Positions 25,204 to 37,588 are shown, numbered from the whole stretch's first letter. The stretch is 62,652 nt of DNA, filler included, from Hydrolagus affinis (GCA_012026655.1; 3 parts of 3 records of this genome joined end to end with filler, not necessarily neighbours in it); one strand, 5' to 3'. Program-made: numbers and translations. Notes: generated by a model not told the origin, from the sequence alone.

Positions 25204-26138
25204 GTAAGAGCAAATGACGGACACTTTTACCAAAGGCCAGTCGTAGCACCCTGGTGATCGGTCACAGCAAGCACTCCGCGCCCACACACAAACAAACCCA
25301 CACCAACTCCATCCATCCACTTATTCCATCAACCTTGTGACACTCCCTCCCAAACTCCATTTCTGACTCCTTCCGTCAATATGTTAGATCCTGCCAACCA
25401 CACAACCTATTATTCCTTCTCTCCCATACCCTCTATTAGTCACTCATTCCAAAAACCTCTATTCCTCCCTTCAAGAGATTCTCTATTGTTAACTCCATCC
25501 TATCCCCACTAGCTGCCCAGCATACAGTACTAGACTTCCTCCTAATGTGAGAGATGCTCTGTATGAATGTAACTTTGTTGCTCTTGTACTATTCCACTAT
25601 CCCACATGCTCTATCCCTTCTTTATATTCTCCCTCCCTCCTTTCCTCACCCTCTATTTCCCACTTCCTGCCACAATTTCATAACCTTTGTTCGTGTATCC
25701 CGACTACACATTCCTTCACAATGCCTCCCTTCCATACATTTTATTCCCCTCTACCTCTTGTGAAGATGTGAATATCTCTTAAATGTATCTAAACTATCTT
25801 ACTCCATCCTCGCTTCAGCCAGTAAGGTGCACCATCTCAATCCTCTCTTCTTCAAATCAGTGCTCCAGCATTCTCTGTTTGGTCCCCTTACTGCGATTTT
25901 ATTGTGATGCTGAAAAACACAACTGGAGATCCACGGGAGATTGAGTCGTACATTCCGTCCGACAGTTTATGACAGTTGATGCCGCGAACCTGCCCCACAA
26001 TCCCTGCCTCTCCCTATCACCCATACATCTCAGAAAGGCAGTGAAACCAGCTGCTGGTCGCTTGTGCTCTGACATGAACCGTGTCCACGTCACGCAGCAA
26101 GTAATTCTGTATTAATCGTTATTGTGTTTTCATTCCAG

Positions 26139-26423
26139 ATTCATTCCAAAGACCCACCGTTTCCCTAAAGCCGGATTTCCGAGTGTTTGTGAGTGGGGAA
26201 AACACTGAAATATCCTGTTCTGGGAACGATCCTTGCAGTAAATTCTCCTTATTCAGAGAGCACGAGCTTATCAGTTCACACCGAGCTCCGGAGAATATCT
26301 TCACTGCCACATTCACCCAATCGGCGATCGTTGCAGGAAATTACTGGTGTAGATATACTACACACATAGAGAGCCGAGAATTCACCTCACCAGAGAGCGA
26401 GCGAGTGGGAATCTTCGTGCGGG
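26139..26423 (+). CDS. Ig domain exon 2 (open frame)
   Basis: PTVSLKPDFRVFVSGENTEISCSG...AGNYWCRY...SPESERVGIFVR; AG/GT flanked, 285 nt. Confidence 0.85.
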
Positions 26424-27676
26424 GTAAGAGTGAGAATCCGGTCACTCTCCAATCTTTTCAATCTCAATCAATAACCTGCTTATGTTTTGATCAGATACGT
26501 CGTGATGTGAAAGGCGCTATACACGGGTAATTTTGTTGTTGTTGTAAGAATAATGCTTGAACTTCTTAGCACTTCGATGAGACAACTCAAATTATTACAA
26601 ATCACAAAGTGGATTGAAAATTTATTTTTGAGTGGAATGCGGCAGCCAATTAGTCAACACAGTCAAACAGGTTTGCAGCTGGTGACCACACTGCTACGGT
26701 TTTGCAGGGGCTCTTATACCCAGAAAAAGGATCTACAGTCCAACTAAGAACCATATTGTTAACTACTGCTAAACAAATAGAGATGCGTGTTGCAAACAAT
26801 CATTGGCAACGTTACCACCCACCACGTAGTCAAACCGAATATGTTTTGTGCTGAGAGAAAGTAGTTGTGGGGGAGAGGGGGCGGAGGAGGGGGCGTAAAA
26901 GGAGGTCACAAACGAAGAGTGGGCGAGTTACCGTGGAGAGATTTCAAATTGACAAATAGGATCGTGGATTAATTCCCCTGGAGCCTGACAGCCCGAATTT
27001 CCAAATTTACATGAAGGATTTTTGCTCACGACAGCTAGACAATTATTTTTCTGTTTCAAACAGAATCACTGGATATTTTGATTTCATGTGAAGAGGATAT
27101 GGGCAGAACTTGGATTTCAAATCTCCCCAAACACATTGTGTATTACTCCCCTCACCCCCAGTGTGACATCAAAGCATCAGCCTTGACTACTAGCTGAAAA
27201 TCGCTGACGTATATTTTGAACCCAGAATCCTCTGAATTAGAGACGAGAGTACAAGTAATAAATAATAATACTTGCATGTTGTTTTAGTGCTTTTCACGAC
27301 TTCTAGCAGACTCAAATCCCTTCAAAGAATGTACTGTGAAGTGAGTTGACTGTACATATGTGTGAGAGCGAAAAACGGCAGCCAATTTCGCAAAACAGCG
27401 TCCCCACACAAAGGAATGAAACAATTTTTATCTTTTTGGTGCGATATTTAATGGCGAGTGTGAGACATTGAGTCAAGCAGAAACAAAATCTCAAAGAATA
27501 TGTATTTAAAAGCGATCGATATATGGTTTAGTCCACATTACTGCCTCTTACCAAACCTCAGATATAAACAGTTTCACAGGCTGGTGCTGGGCTCATTGTC
27601 GCTACCGTTGTTCACTCTCACACCATCGATCACATCGACCTTTTGTGAGATTATCATTACTTTGTATTAATTACAG

Positions 27677-27961
27677 ATCCACTTCAGAAGCCAAACATTT
27701 CCATGAAGCCAGATTCTCAGGTGCCAATGAGAGGAGAACAAACTGAGATCTCGTGTGCTGGGAATTATCCTGGCAGCAATTTCTCTTTATACAGAGCCGG
27801 CGAGTTTGTCACATCACAGCTGGCTCCAGAGAACAACAACGCGTCTGCATTCAACGTATCGGGGACCAGCATAGGAAAGTACTGGTGTCAATATACTACA
27901 AACATAGGCGGACGAGACTTCACATCACCGGAGAGCGAGCGAGTGCGAATCACTGTATCAC
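27677..27961 (+). CDS. Ig domain exon 3 (open frame)
   Basis: KPNISMKPDSQVPMRGEQTEISCAGNYPGSNFSLYR...GKYWCQY...SPESERVRITVS; 285 nt. Confidence 0.85.
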
Positions 27962-28385
27962 GTAAGTACTGAATAAAATTTCAAACAATTACTTGTTTCT
28001 GTTTTAGAAATTTATGAGAGCTCCTGGTATTTTTATGTAATCTCATGGTGTTTGCCCTGTTTGATCCCAAACTCTAACCCCTAAACCTAACCCTAACTCA
28101 AAGGACGGAAAAACATTGCATGATAAAATAGTTTCCAAATCGAAACTCACAAACGATAGCCACACGGTATGTCCGGGTATTAATACTCTCTGCTTTCCGC
28201 ATATAGAGGGGTTCAATTTCCGACTTAATCCTCACCAATATACAATGTAATTTTTCTTTCTGAGACAAGGTTTGCTGACCCCAGATCGAGCTGTTGTACC
28301 ACAGCTGATATTGAACCATAGCAAAATCATGAATTTCCGTCTTTGTTAGCTCTTACAATTGCTGTTTGTCTCTTTCCCTCTCTAG

Positions 28386-28484
28386 GAAAGTCGACATGGA
28401 TACAGATTGGAGGACTTGATGCGGGAATTGTCACGGTGATAGTGATCGCTCTAATTTTCCTGGCCATCTGTGTGTATAGGAGAG
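28386..28484 (+). CDS. Transmembrane exon of the SRCR-Ig receptor
   Basis: RKSTWIQIGGLDAGIVTVIVIALIFLAICVYRR; hydrophobic stretch followed by basic stop-transfer residues; AG/GT flanked. Confidence 0.85.
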
Positions 28485-31400
28485 GTAATTGTCTACTAAT
28501 GACTCTGAGTGTAGAATAGAATTGCACGGAATCAAGTTGGAGCCAGCGGTGCCATTAATCACTTTGTATGGTAGCTCTGGTGCTTCAATGTGTGCTATTG
28601 GGAGCATGAGAACAGAGATACACCAACATAACAACAACTTGAAGTTATATAGAAAGTGCCCCTTGCAGGCTCTCCTCTCAGAGTAAATCAGGGTAGCAGA
28701 GTTTGATTCTGGATATTCTGGTTTACACAGGAACCTGTCTCCCGAGTTAAAACCAATAGTTGATTTTTTACATTTATTACCGGGAGACAATACGCAGCGT
28801 CAAACAAGTATGTATGTGCTTACAGTAACATAATAGGCATTGGTCAGTATTATACTGTGCTTAGCGTGCATGACACTGTCGAGGTTTGTAGGCTGTAGGC
28901 TTGATGTGACAGCAATTTTTGTGATAGTCAATGTTTTCGAGCTGATGTGGTATGACAGTGTTGCTTGAATGTTCAATCCTTTGGTCGATAGCATTTGGTG
29001 AGACTTACAAAGCGAGGACCCGTCTAACGGTTCATGTTGAAGTTAAACATGCTTTGGCTCGATTCGAAAAGAGACGGTAATTTCTCTCTCACAGTTGTCC
29101 TGGCTAACAATCCCACCCATTTTATTGGTCAATTAATTAATAGTAATTTCTGGGACACTTTATTAAGCTAATTAGATGATGTATTTCATTCCCAAGATAC
29201 ATAGTCACCATTTCAGGCTTTGACGCTGGCTCAAATGGAACATAGCTATTAATAAAACCACAAGAATATACAATAAGTACTGATCAATGTTTCATTTTTA
29301 TTACATTTTGTTCTTGCAGCTGAAAAGAACAGTCCAAGTGCAGAAAGGTAAGAATACTTCTACTCTAAACTCTGCTCTCTATCCATCTTACATATATTGT
29401 TGCTCGCCACTTCACTGTACTTCGAAACTCTTATCCCATTTACGTCGCACAACTCACCTCAACGTGTTGGTTTTCGCTCTGTCACTATTCACCAACAGTG
29501 GGATGACAAGGGAGACTCTGGGAGAAGGATTCCGTTCACTCATGTTCAGTTATTTCTGCAAGACAAAGCCCTCAACGGTGGAATTGTCGTAATTCATCAT
29601 TGCTATAAATCTTGCCAGATAGAGTTACTGCCTTAAAGCTATGAGGTTTCGGCTGGTGAGACCCAAGCAGTTATGCCTATGCACAATTTGGAGAAAGCAC
29701 ACACTGCCCCTTCTCACACCGTGCCTTATTCTAATGGTGCATAGGGTGGCAGAGATACTGTATAATCATAACAAACGCAGGAATATACCAATTGTAGCAA
29801 GTGTGACTCGAGCATATCACCACCGTAATGGGTTTTCACACGAAGGACACACCTGGCTTGGACCTACAACACAGCTCCCCGCAAACCCACCCAACATCTC
29901 TAACGCCACTGTCCACAACCTCACCGACCACCCCGCAAATATTTGATGATCTAATTATCAAATTAGGGGAACACATTATAAGACAAGAATAGTCTACTCC
30001 TGTTCTCTTGTTACCCTCTATCCACACCTTAAATAATCATAAATTGAAGTCATCCAAGTCTAGGTAAACACTGTCTACAGATCAGCTCCTCACCACTTCA
30101 CCCATCTGCAAACACACCGCATGTCACCGGAAAAACAGAAACTCTTATATTTTATTTACTTTCTCGAAGTTAGGTAAGGGCTGTGTTGCAAAACCTCCAT
30201 GCTTCTTCCATTTTCCAATTAAAGCAACAAATACAGCGATAAAACAGCTATTACCATTCACTGCCTCGTCCCTGTTCTCCTCTTTCAAAAGTAATCCTCT
30301 CATTACGATTTCCCTCTTATTTCCCCTAGACTAGACACAATAGTTGTTTGTGGCCTCTATGAAAAGGCCAGGCCTCAGATCTGTGGTACTGTTTATGGTA
30401 CGCAGCGGTGAATTCATCACTCTATATTCTTATTTCCCCCCAGGAATTTACCTGAGAGAGGCGGCCCACAATCCAGCAACATCACATTTGAGTGAGAGAT
30501 TTCCTGGATTTGATCGCAGAGGGAAAAAATACTGGTCACATAAAGGCGCCTAGTCAGCCATGTAACTTAGTCCCACAGAACGAGATCGATTGTTCATGAT
30601 CTTCTGTCAGGCTTGAGGCCATTGTTCTCTTAACCTTTCTCTGGTGCTGCCACTCCCTGAAGATCTTCGGCTATCCGTTTGTATATGTGTGTGTGTTTGA
30701 ATGAGTGTCTACAAGTGTGTTTGTCTGTTTGCATGTCTGATTGTGTGTCTGTCCATGTGTCTAACTGTGTATCTGACCATGTGTCTCAATGCGTGTCTGA
30801 CGGTCTGAATGAATTTTACCCACTTCAAGTGTTCTGCCCTTCAGGTGAGATGTGAAAACGTGTGTCCGTCTGGCTCTTTAGTTTCACATTAGACATCTGA
30901 AGTCACTATGCACGAAGGCAATATAATTTTTATAGGTGTCCACTAAATGAATAAAATATGTCATTCACCTTGCCATTCTGTGGCTCACTGTTGTGCCCAA
31001 ACTATATGATTTGAGTCACTCACAATACGAACAATAACTCCATTAAACGGCGTACCCAATGAAACTCTTTGGGATGTCTCGATGAAATGACAAGTCAGTT
31101 AAATTCAGTGCTAAAATTGCAAGTAAACTATTATTTGTCACATGATTATTATTGTAATTTTCATCGGTAATTACAGAATGTACTTATTTATAAGATTAAC
31201 AATGATATTGAATAACGTTGAGTTTCAGCGCCTTGGGACGTCCTCCCGACGTGAAAAGCGCTCTATAAATGTAATTTGTTGTTTGTTGTTAACTGTAATT
31301 CGCTACTACTATACACTGTTTGTTTTTGTTTCAGATGCTTCAGTGAGAATCGTTCCACGCTTGGTGCCTCCAGTGGTGAGTAGAGACAGAATCATTGCTT

Positions 31401-32133
31401 TACGCTGGTTCAGGCCCAGTATGAGCTTAGATGCAGCTCAGCTCAGCCTTACTGTAAGCCTCAGTCGGCTCGTCGCTCAGCAAAATTCATGTCCTATGTC
31501 ACCATCAATTAAATATTGCGCGAGCCAAGCATGTGCCTTGTTTCAGGCTGGCACAGCTCAGCTCAGACGCTGGCTCAGTCAAACTCAGCCAGCAGCACTA
31601 TTGCCTCAGGCAGAAGAGAGTTTTGGGGGGAGACGGAATGTGTTTGTGTGACGTTCCTGTGCATAATTTGGCTGCTGTGTTGGGTTCCCAAGTTCCAACA
31701 GAATCTGGAGAACACTTTATGGCACTGCCAGCAGTTCGCACGACCTCAAATGTCTGCGTGTATACGTGTGTGGCCCTTGCTGCGTGTATAGACCCAGAGT
31801 GCTGGAAGAGTAGGGGTATCAACAACTTCGATTGATATAACGCCCTCCACGTCGGATGGCGTCTAAGAGCGCTTCATAGTAACACGGTGATCAATGGAAT
31901 GGCCGTAGAGGTGGGTCTCCATAATGTCCTTGTAGGAGGCAAGACAAAGCGACAGAGATATGGAATTTCAAACGGTGGATGTTCAAGCCCAAATTCCCAT
32001 ATACATAAACACACACAAATCGCTCACACACATGGTGGTGCTTTGGCTTGGCATCCCAACATGGGTGAGGGTGGGCTTTGGGATTTCCTATTGAAACCCT
32101 AAGCAAATGTGCTGACTGACGTCCTTTTTGCAG

Positions 32134-32238
32134 GACTCTGATGTCAACTACGCCATTCTGACGTTAGGAAACCGGATTGAGAATCGCCGCAAAACCGTTC
32201 CTGATGATGGTACAGTGTACGCCGCAGTCAGGGTGTAG
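32134..32238 (+). CDS. Terminal cytoplasmic exon with ITIM and ITSM-like motifs
   Basis: VNYAIL fits (I/V/L/S)xYxx(L/V) and TVYAAV fits TxYxx(V/I). Preceded by the acceptor CCTTTTTGCAG and ends in TAG. Confidence 0.8.
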   Translation, partial: DSDVNYAILTLGNRIENRRKTVPDDGTVYAAVRV

Positions 32239-34587
32239 CTGTGAGTCCACTGGCCACAATGTGCTCATTGTACTTTCTCTAACTCCCATGGACACATGCC
32301 ATCAATACCAGCTTCAGTCTGACCACAATTAGAAGATTCCATCAATTGTTTCTCCGACAAAGATGAGCTGAGAATGACTGAGACTGAGTGAGGTAGGGTG
32401 AAAGAGAGACTGAGAGATACAGACTGTGTGCGAGAGACAGAGACTGGGTGAGAGAAAAAAAGCTGAGAGGAAGAGAGTCTGTGAGAAAATGGAAATGTGT
32501 AGGATGTGCGAAATAGAGAGAAAGATGGAGAGAGATTCAGAGTAATATCGTGCAGGAGAGACGCAGAATGATGGAGAAGCATTGAGATAGATTGGGTGTG
32601 ATTCCGGTCTCCTGGATCTACAAAAACTCTTGTTTTATGCAACGATCCATTCTACTCTTCCCCCGATCACCCCATCCGACCTGACCTACAAATGTGCAAA
32701 GCCGTTGATTCGCAAATGTTTTATGTCCATGACCATTCATCAGTTATAACTGCTTGACTCCGCTTTCAGTCAGCTTAATCCCTCCCCACCCCACAACCTA
32801 TAGCTACCACTCCCAGCCTTTTTGCCCAACGGGCAGTAACGAGCACTTTAAGTAGTCCTTCCAATGTGAAAAGGAGTTGCGTAACTATTTTTTTCTGGAA
32901 TGGGAACACAAAGATTTTGGCTTCTATGACATTTCCCAAATACTGAAACCGACTGGAAGCAGCCAAAAGATTGGACAACCCTTGCTTAAAATATACTGTT
33001 ATTTCAGTCAGTAATGCTTGTTAATTAACTGACCTTTTGAGTGACAATCTTGATTAGATATTGTTTTGTTGACAAGGCGAATGTTGCTATTCACAACGGA
33101 ATCTGCACACGAATGATCTGTATTAGCTGTTTCAGAATAATCCGAATTCCACATTTAAGCATGATGTTTTTTACAGTGTAATTGGTATAGCTTTAGATGA
33201 AGGGTTCTGGATAAATGAAAATGCGTTTGTCTCAGACTTACATTGATCAGAACTAAAAATGTGTTTATTACAGTGGTTGCTGTGTTGGCATTTGATGTAT
33301 TGGGCTGTGTTTTTAAATCACAATTGGTTGATGGGAACCGTGCCCTATCGATTCCTGCTGTAAAGCCACTATACTAACACGCTCAAACCGATTGCCATAA
33401 ACTTTACTAACCTGCCATAAGCATTACGCTGATTTGATGTAATGTATTATGCATGAGCGTGCAATTATTTTGATTAAATTTTGCTGCATAGAACTTGTGT
33501 CCGTTCATTTTTCGTGGAAAGCTCACGAACTCCAATCAGGGTCCAACATTGGCGGTTTCCATTGTGGCTAAACCAGCATGGAAAACGGTTTTCGGAGTGA
33601 GAACGTGTGAGTCAAAGGGACAATGCCAACAATGCCCTGCGTGTACACCCTCTTCATACCTCTCCCGCGCACATCAGCCCACAGACCTCCCTCCTCATTA
33701 TTGACACTGCTCCCCAACCCCGCACCCTCCACCACCACAACAATAGAGAGTATAGATTACAATATAATCTAAAGTATAGAGAAACATTTGCTGCTTGAAC
33801 ACGTCAGTTGTGGATTCTGATGAAACCTAAGGAATAATTAGCAGCTCATTCTGGGCACCGAAACAAGCACAATATGTCTAATTAATAATAATAATCCATG
33901 AATTTGATATCACGCTTTAAACATCATATCGGCGTCCCAAATTGCTTCCAGAATGTACTGTAAAGTGCATTGGCTGTATATCTGTGGGAGAATCGCGACA
34001 GCCAATTGCGCACAGTGGTGTCCCACAAGCAGTCGTTGAATGAAATTACCATTTTTTTTATTATTGTGTTTTTATTGGACGGATTATCATTATGCGTGTG
34101 GAGCAAGGAAACTTGCCCAAGGTTTCACCCTGGCCTCCTTGCATTCGAACACATGTCTCATGTTTAATGTCTGCTGCGTTTTTCTAGAATTCCATGACTC
34201 TGATTTTGTTGCCAGTTCAGTACAAGAAGAGAGTTCCACCCCCAAGGTGGTTGAGCTTGGTTTGGGCAATCCAGGTTGAAGCACTGGGAAACCTTTGCAG
34301 ACAGTGCTTCCAATAGGAACTTGCTTATTTAGATGGTTATAATCCATATTTTAACATCACACAGTCTTGACAATTTACTTTATACCGTCTGTAATCGGAT
34401 GGTTAGATGCTTTTTTCCAGCGAGAGAAAGAGCACATTCAATTCCAATAGGTGGAAAATCCCATATTGAGGTGGATTGCACAGAATCATCAGAGATTTGT
34501 TTAGATTTTCTTAATCTATCAATTTAAATGGTTCCCAAATCCAGGCAGATAGGCATTGACCCGATGGTCTGCAGTACAATCATATCT

Positions 34588-36022
34588 CCACCAGGTGGCG
34601 GTGATCCACTGCATTCCCAATTTGTTTTCACAATACAACACCTCCCCTGTGGCTGAATGCGATATTACAGCTCCAACTTAATTTTCTTCACATATTATTA
34701 ATTTTGCAAGAACAACACATAAAAAATCTGGGTTTATTGAGCCCCAATGATGTACAATCACGTTTTGAGTATCAAATCAGTGTTGTCTTATCAATGTCCA
34801 ATACATTTTCATTACTTGTCAGTGTTTATGTAACTAAAAATTTCCCCATTGAATCCAATGATACTACTTGTATTAATTGTAAAAAAAAAAGCAAAATTCT
34901 CTCGCCATTCCACGAATCTTTGCAAAACCCTGCTGGTTGCAATTCTCTGACGTGTCTCACTTACAAATATACAACTGATTCACTTTCGAGTAAATTATGT
35001 GAGCTTCCCATCAGATATATGGACTTTTCCAGCACGGACTCGAAGGGCCGAATGGCCTCCTTTTGTGCCGTAAGACTCTATATCTAGAGGATGTGGAAAC
35101 AGTTATATCAAATGCAATGATTATTGTTATTCCTTCACGCCTCAGGTCTGTATTACACTATCAAATTCTAGACAGCACTCAAGCAGAGAAAAGAAATCCC
35201 TTTTCAATATCTCTCCTGATTATATTGTGCATTTGTGGAGTACAATCATTTACTGTCAGTTATTGTGTTTTCAAATTAACGATAAAAACCTTTAGTCCCA
35301 AATTATTAACGCCAGATGGCGTCGATGCACTGTGTACCTCCGCACAGTTTTCTCATTCAAATCTCTTGTTCTTTGTTAGCGGAGAAGAGAAAGAACCTCC
35401 AGAGCCGATGTGTAGGTTACTAACAAATTGTCAGAATTCTTCGCAGTTTCCAATCACCCGCAACGGTCTCTAATCTGTTTTCTGATCGAGACATGTCAGG
35501 CAGACAGTTATTTGTGGAGGACAGGTTTGTGCGTTTATAATAATAATAAAATAATAATAATCTTTGCATTTGATATAGCGCTTTTCACATCTTATTGAGT
35601 CTTAAAGCGCTTCACAAAAAATACAATCAAGTGAATTGAATATATATTTGAGGGCGAAATGCGGCAGCCAATTGCTCGCAGCAATCTCCCACAAACATGC
35701 GTGGATTGAAATGACCAATTTTATTGCTATGCTTATTTTTGGAGGCATTAATGTTATTCGTACGGAGTAAGGAAACTTGTCCAAGATTTCGCCGTGATCT
35801 GCCTGGATTCGTTAATAGGTATTACTGTTACAGCTAGAAGAGTTATGGAGAAAGAGGTGAGAAGTGTGAATGGATTGCTCTTTTCAAAGAGCCAGCATAG
35901 TCTCGATGGGCCGAATGGCCTCCTTTTGTGCCGCAAGATTATATGATTCTATGATTCTGTGATTGTGTGATCAAACTAACGATAAAAATCTGCTGTACCG
36001 CTTTAATACCGCTAGATGGTGA
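34588..36022 (+). promoter_or_regulatory. Cluster of three co-oriented CTCF-like motifs
   Basis: CCACCAGGTGGCGG (34588-34601), ACGCCAGATGGCGT (35309-35322) and CCGCTAGATGGTGA (36009-36022), compared by eye with the core CCASYAGRKGGCRS. Confidence 0.5.
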
Positions 36023-37090
36023 CGATGCGCCGTATAACTGCTCACAGTGTTCGAAGTAAATTCCTTGCCTCCTTGAGTGGAGAACAGAATGTCTGACCAG
36101 ACCTGATGTGTATCTTGGTAACACATTGACAAAATTCATTGCAGGTCTAGCGTTCTCACTGCTGATGAAACGCAGCCCAGCCTGGCTCACCTGCAGGAAT
36201 TTGAAGGGCAGCCCAACACAAAACTGAGAGACCTTCACGATTTCCCTTCTGCCAGCAATCCGTTGGCCGTCGGATCTGCAGTCTATATCCTTGCTTGCTT
36301 GAAATCAACCAAGGAGATATCCTGTAGTTTATCGGTTCAGGCGCTTGCCTCTTAAGAAGATCTTTGGTCTTGACAGCTCGTGTTCTTCTCCCACATGGCA
36401 TTGACCCCGCCTATATCTGAACCGCCGTCTCTATTTCAGCCTGCCTGTGCACTCCGTTCAGCGAGCTCTGGCCTGCTTTATGTCTCCGCTGAACCGCCCT
36501 AACATCAGTTGCCGGCTTTCAGCCTCTCTGCCCCCACATTCTGGAACTCAGTCCCACATTCCCTTCGCCTCGCTTCTTCATTTTCTCCCTTCAATTCCGT
36601 TCTCAAGAGCTTCCACTTCGACCGTGCCTTTTGCCCCCATTTCTATCTCTTCCCCGTCTTCTACTCTCCTTCCCTCGGCTCTAGCCCCAACCCTTCAGCC
36701 CTGCTCGGTTCCCGACCAAGGATGCTGAGCGTCTTGGGACGTCCTCTCGATATCAAAGGCGCTCTTTTCGTGTAATTTCGATGTTGCTGTGGTGGTCACC
36801 TTTCCAGCAGGGGGAAATATTGGGTATGTTTTCTTCATCCACAAATATGCCGCTGTTTTACCAGCAGTAAGTAAGAACCGTGATGATAGTCGATTAACGA
36901 ATGAATTCCGCACAACCCAACATACAGGAAGTGAGATTTCAGTGAGTGCGTCACCCAGAATATAGTCATATCATGCACAGTTTAAAAAGAAACGTTCGGC
37001 AAACATTGATAAACGCTTATAAGTCTTTACATGACTTCCCGTTTAATTTTATAGACAGATTTTCACTTGAGTCGACGTGGATTATTAAGA

Positions 37091-37549
37091 ATGAAGCCAC
37101 GTTTCACCGCATTGTATATCATTTTTAATTTAATGATTCTGTTCTCCTGTAAGTAGAGGATGAGCTTGGACAAACACATCCCTGTTTACTTATTACCTAA
37201 TTATGAATTTTTTTTGCAGATATTTTCCGACATTCTTTCCAAGAATGTTCATTTCTATTGCCCCAGGTGTCCTCGCTGAAAGCGGAGTGTCACAGAGACC
37301 TCCATTAATGAAAGAGAATGAAAATGGAAATGTAACCACGGATTGCATCACCGCTTTGAAGGTAGACTACTTTCAATGGTACAAACAGTATGGAAACGGC
37401 TCCATCGATTTGCTGGTGAAGGGAAGCAGAGAGATCAAGGTGGAGAAGAGGATAAGTGCTTTGGCTGATACAAAAGTGAAGAACAGCACACTGACAATCA
37501 GAGACGTGAGGGTGACAGACACCGCCACTTACTTCTGTGCAGCAGAGAG
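37091..37549 (+). CDS. TRAV: T-cell receptor alpha/delta-type variable gene segment, unrearranged and apparently functional; leader exon 37091-37148, V exon 37267-37549
   Basis: Leader MKPRFTALYIIFNLMILFS with GTAAGT donor and a 118-nt intron. V exon GVSQRPP...NVTTDC...YFQWYKQY...NSTLTIRDVRVTDTATYFCAAES has the conserved Cys, Trp and YFC and an open frame. Alpha versus delta cannot be resolved by eye. Confidence 0.85.
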
Positions 37550-37588
37550 CACAGTGCTGCGTATCTAAGAGGAACCTGTACAAAAACA
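37550..37588 (+). other. 23-bp-spacer recombination signal sequence (23-RSS)
   Basis: Heptamer CACAGTG (37550-37556, consensus), 23-nt spacer CTGCGTATCTAAGAGGAACCTGT, nonamer ACAAAAACA (37580-37588, 8/9 match to ACAAAAACC). Confidence 0.95.

Larger units (their letters stand above)
22422..32238 (+). pseudogene. SRCR-Ig-Ig-Ig-TM-ITIM/ITSM inhibitory-type receptor gene with two in-frame stops (probable pseudogene or null allele)
   Basis: Exons: leader 22422-22482 (MVTVQMQVIFVLVAFAAVCL, weak donor), SRCR 23830-24147, Ig 24919-25203, 26139-26423 and 27677-27961, TM 28386-28484, cytoplasmic 29320-29347, 31335-31375 and final 32134-32238 (DSDVNYAILTLG...DGTVYAAVRV*). TAG stops at 24048-24050 and 25104-25106. 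At least one small cytoplasmic exon (phase 1 to 0) between 31375 and 32134 was not resolved. Confidence 0.75.

Noticed and set aside
28075-28097. Telomere-like CTAACCC repeats
   Set aside because: Only about 3 degenerate units in an intron; more likely part of a dispersed repeat or chance.
29499-29592. Possible alternative terminal cytoplasmic exon of the SRCR-Ig receptor (SGMTRETLGEGF...STVELS*)
   Set aside because: The acceptor and phase are compatible, but there is no signalling motif or other support, and the downstream exons with ITIM/ITSM fit better. Left unresolved.
33495-33704. TVFGVRT as a J-segment FGxG motif
   Set aside because: Does not match FGxGT and has no upstream 12-RSS.
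36043-36049. Isolated CACAGTG heptamer
   Set aside because: No nonamer at 12 or 23 nt spacing and no V exon upstream.
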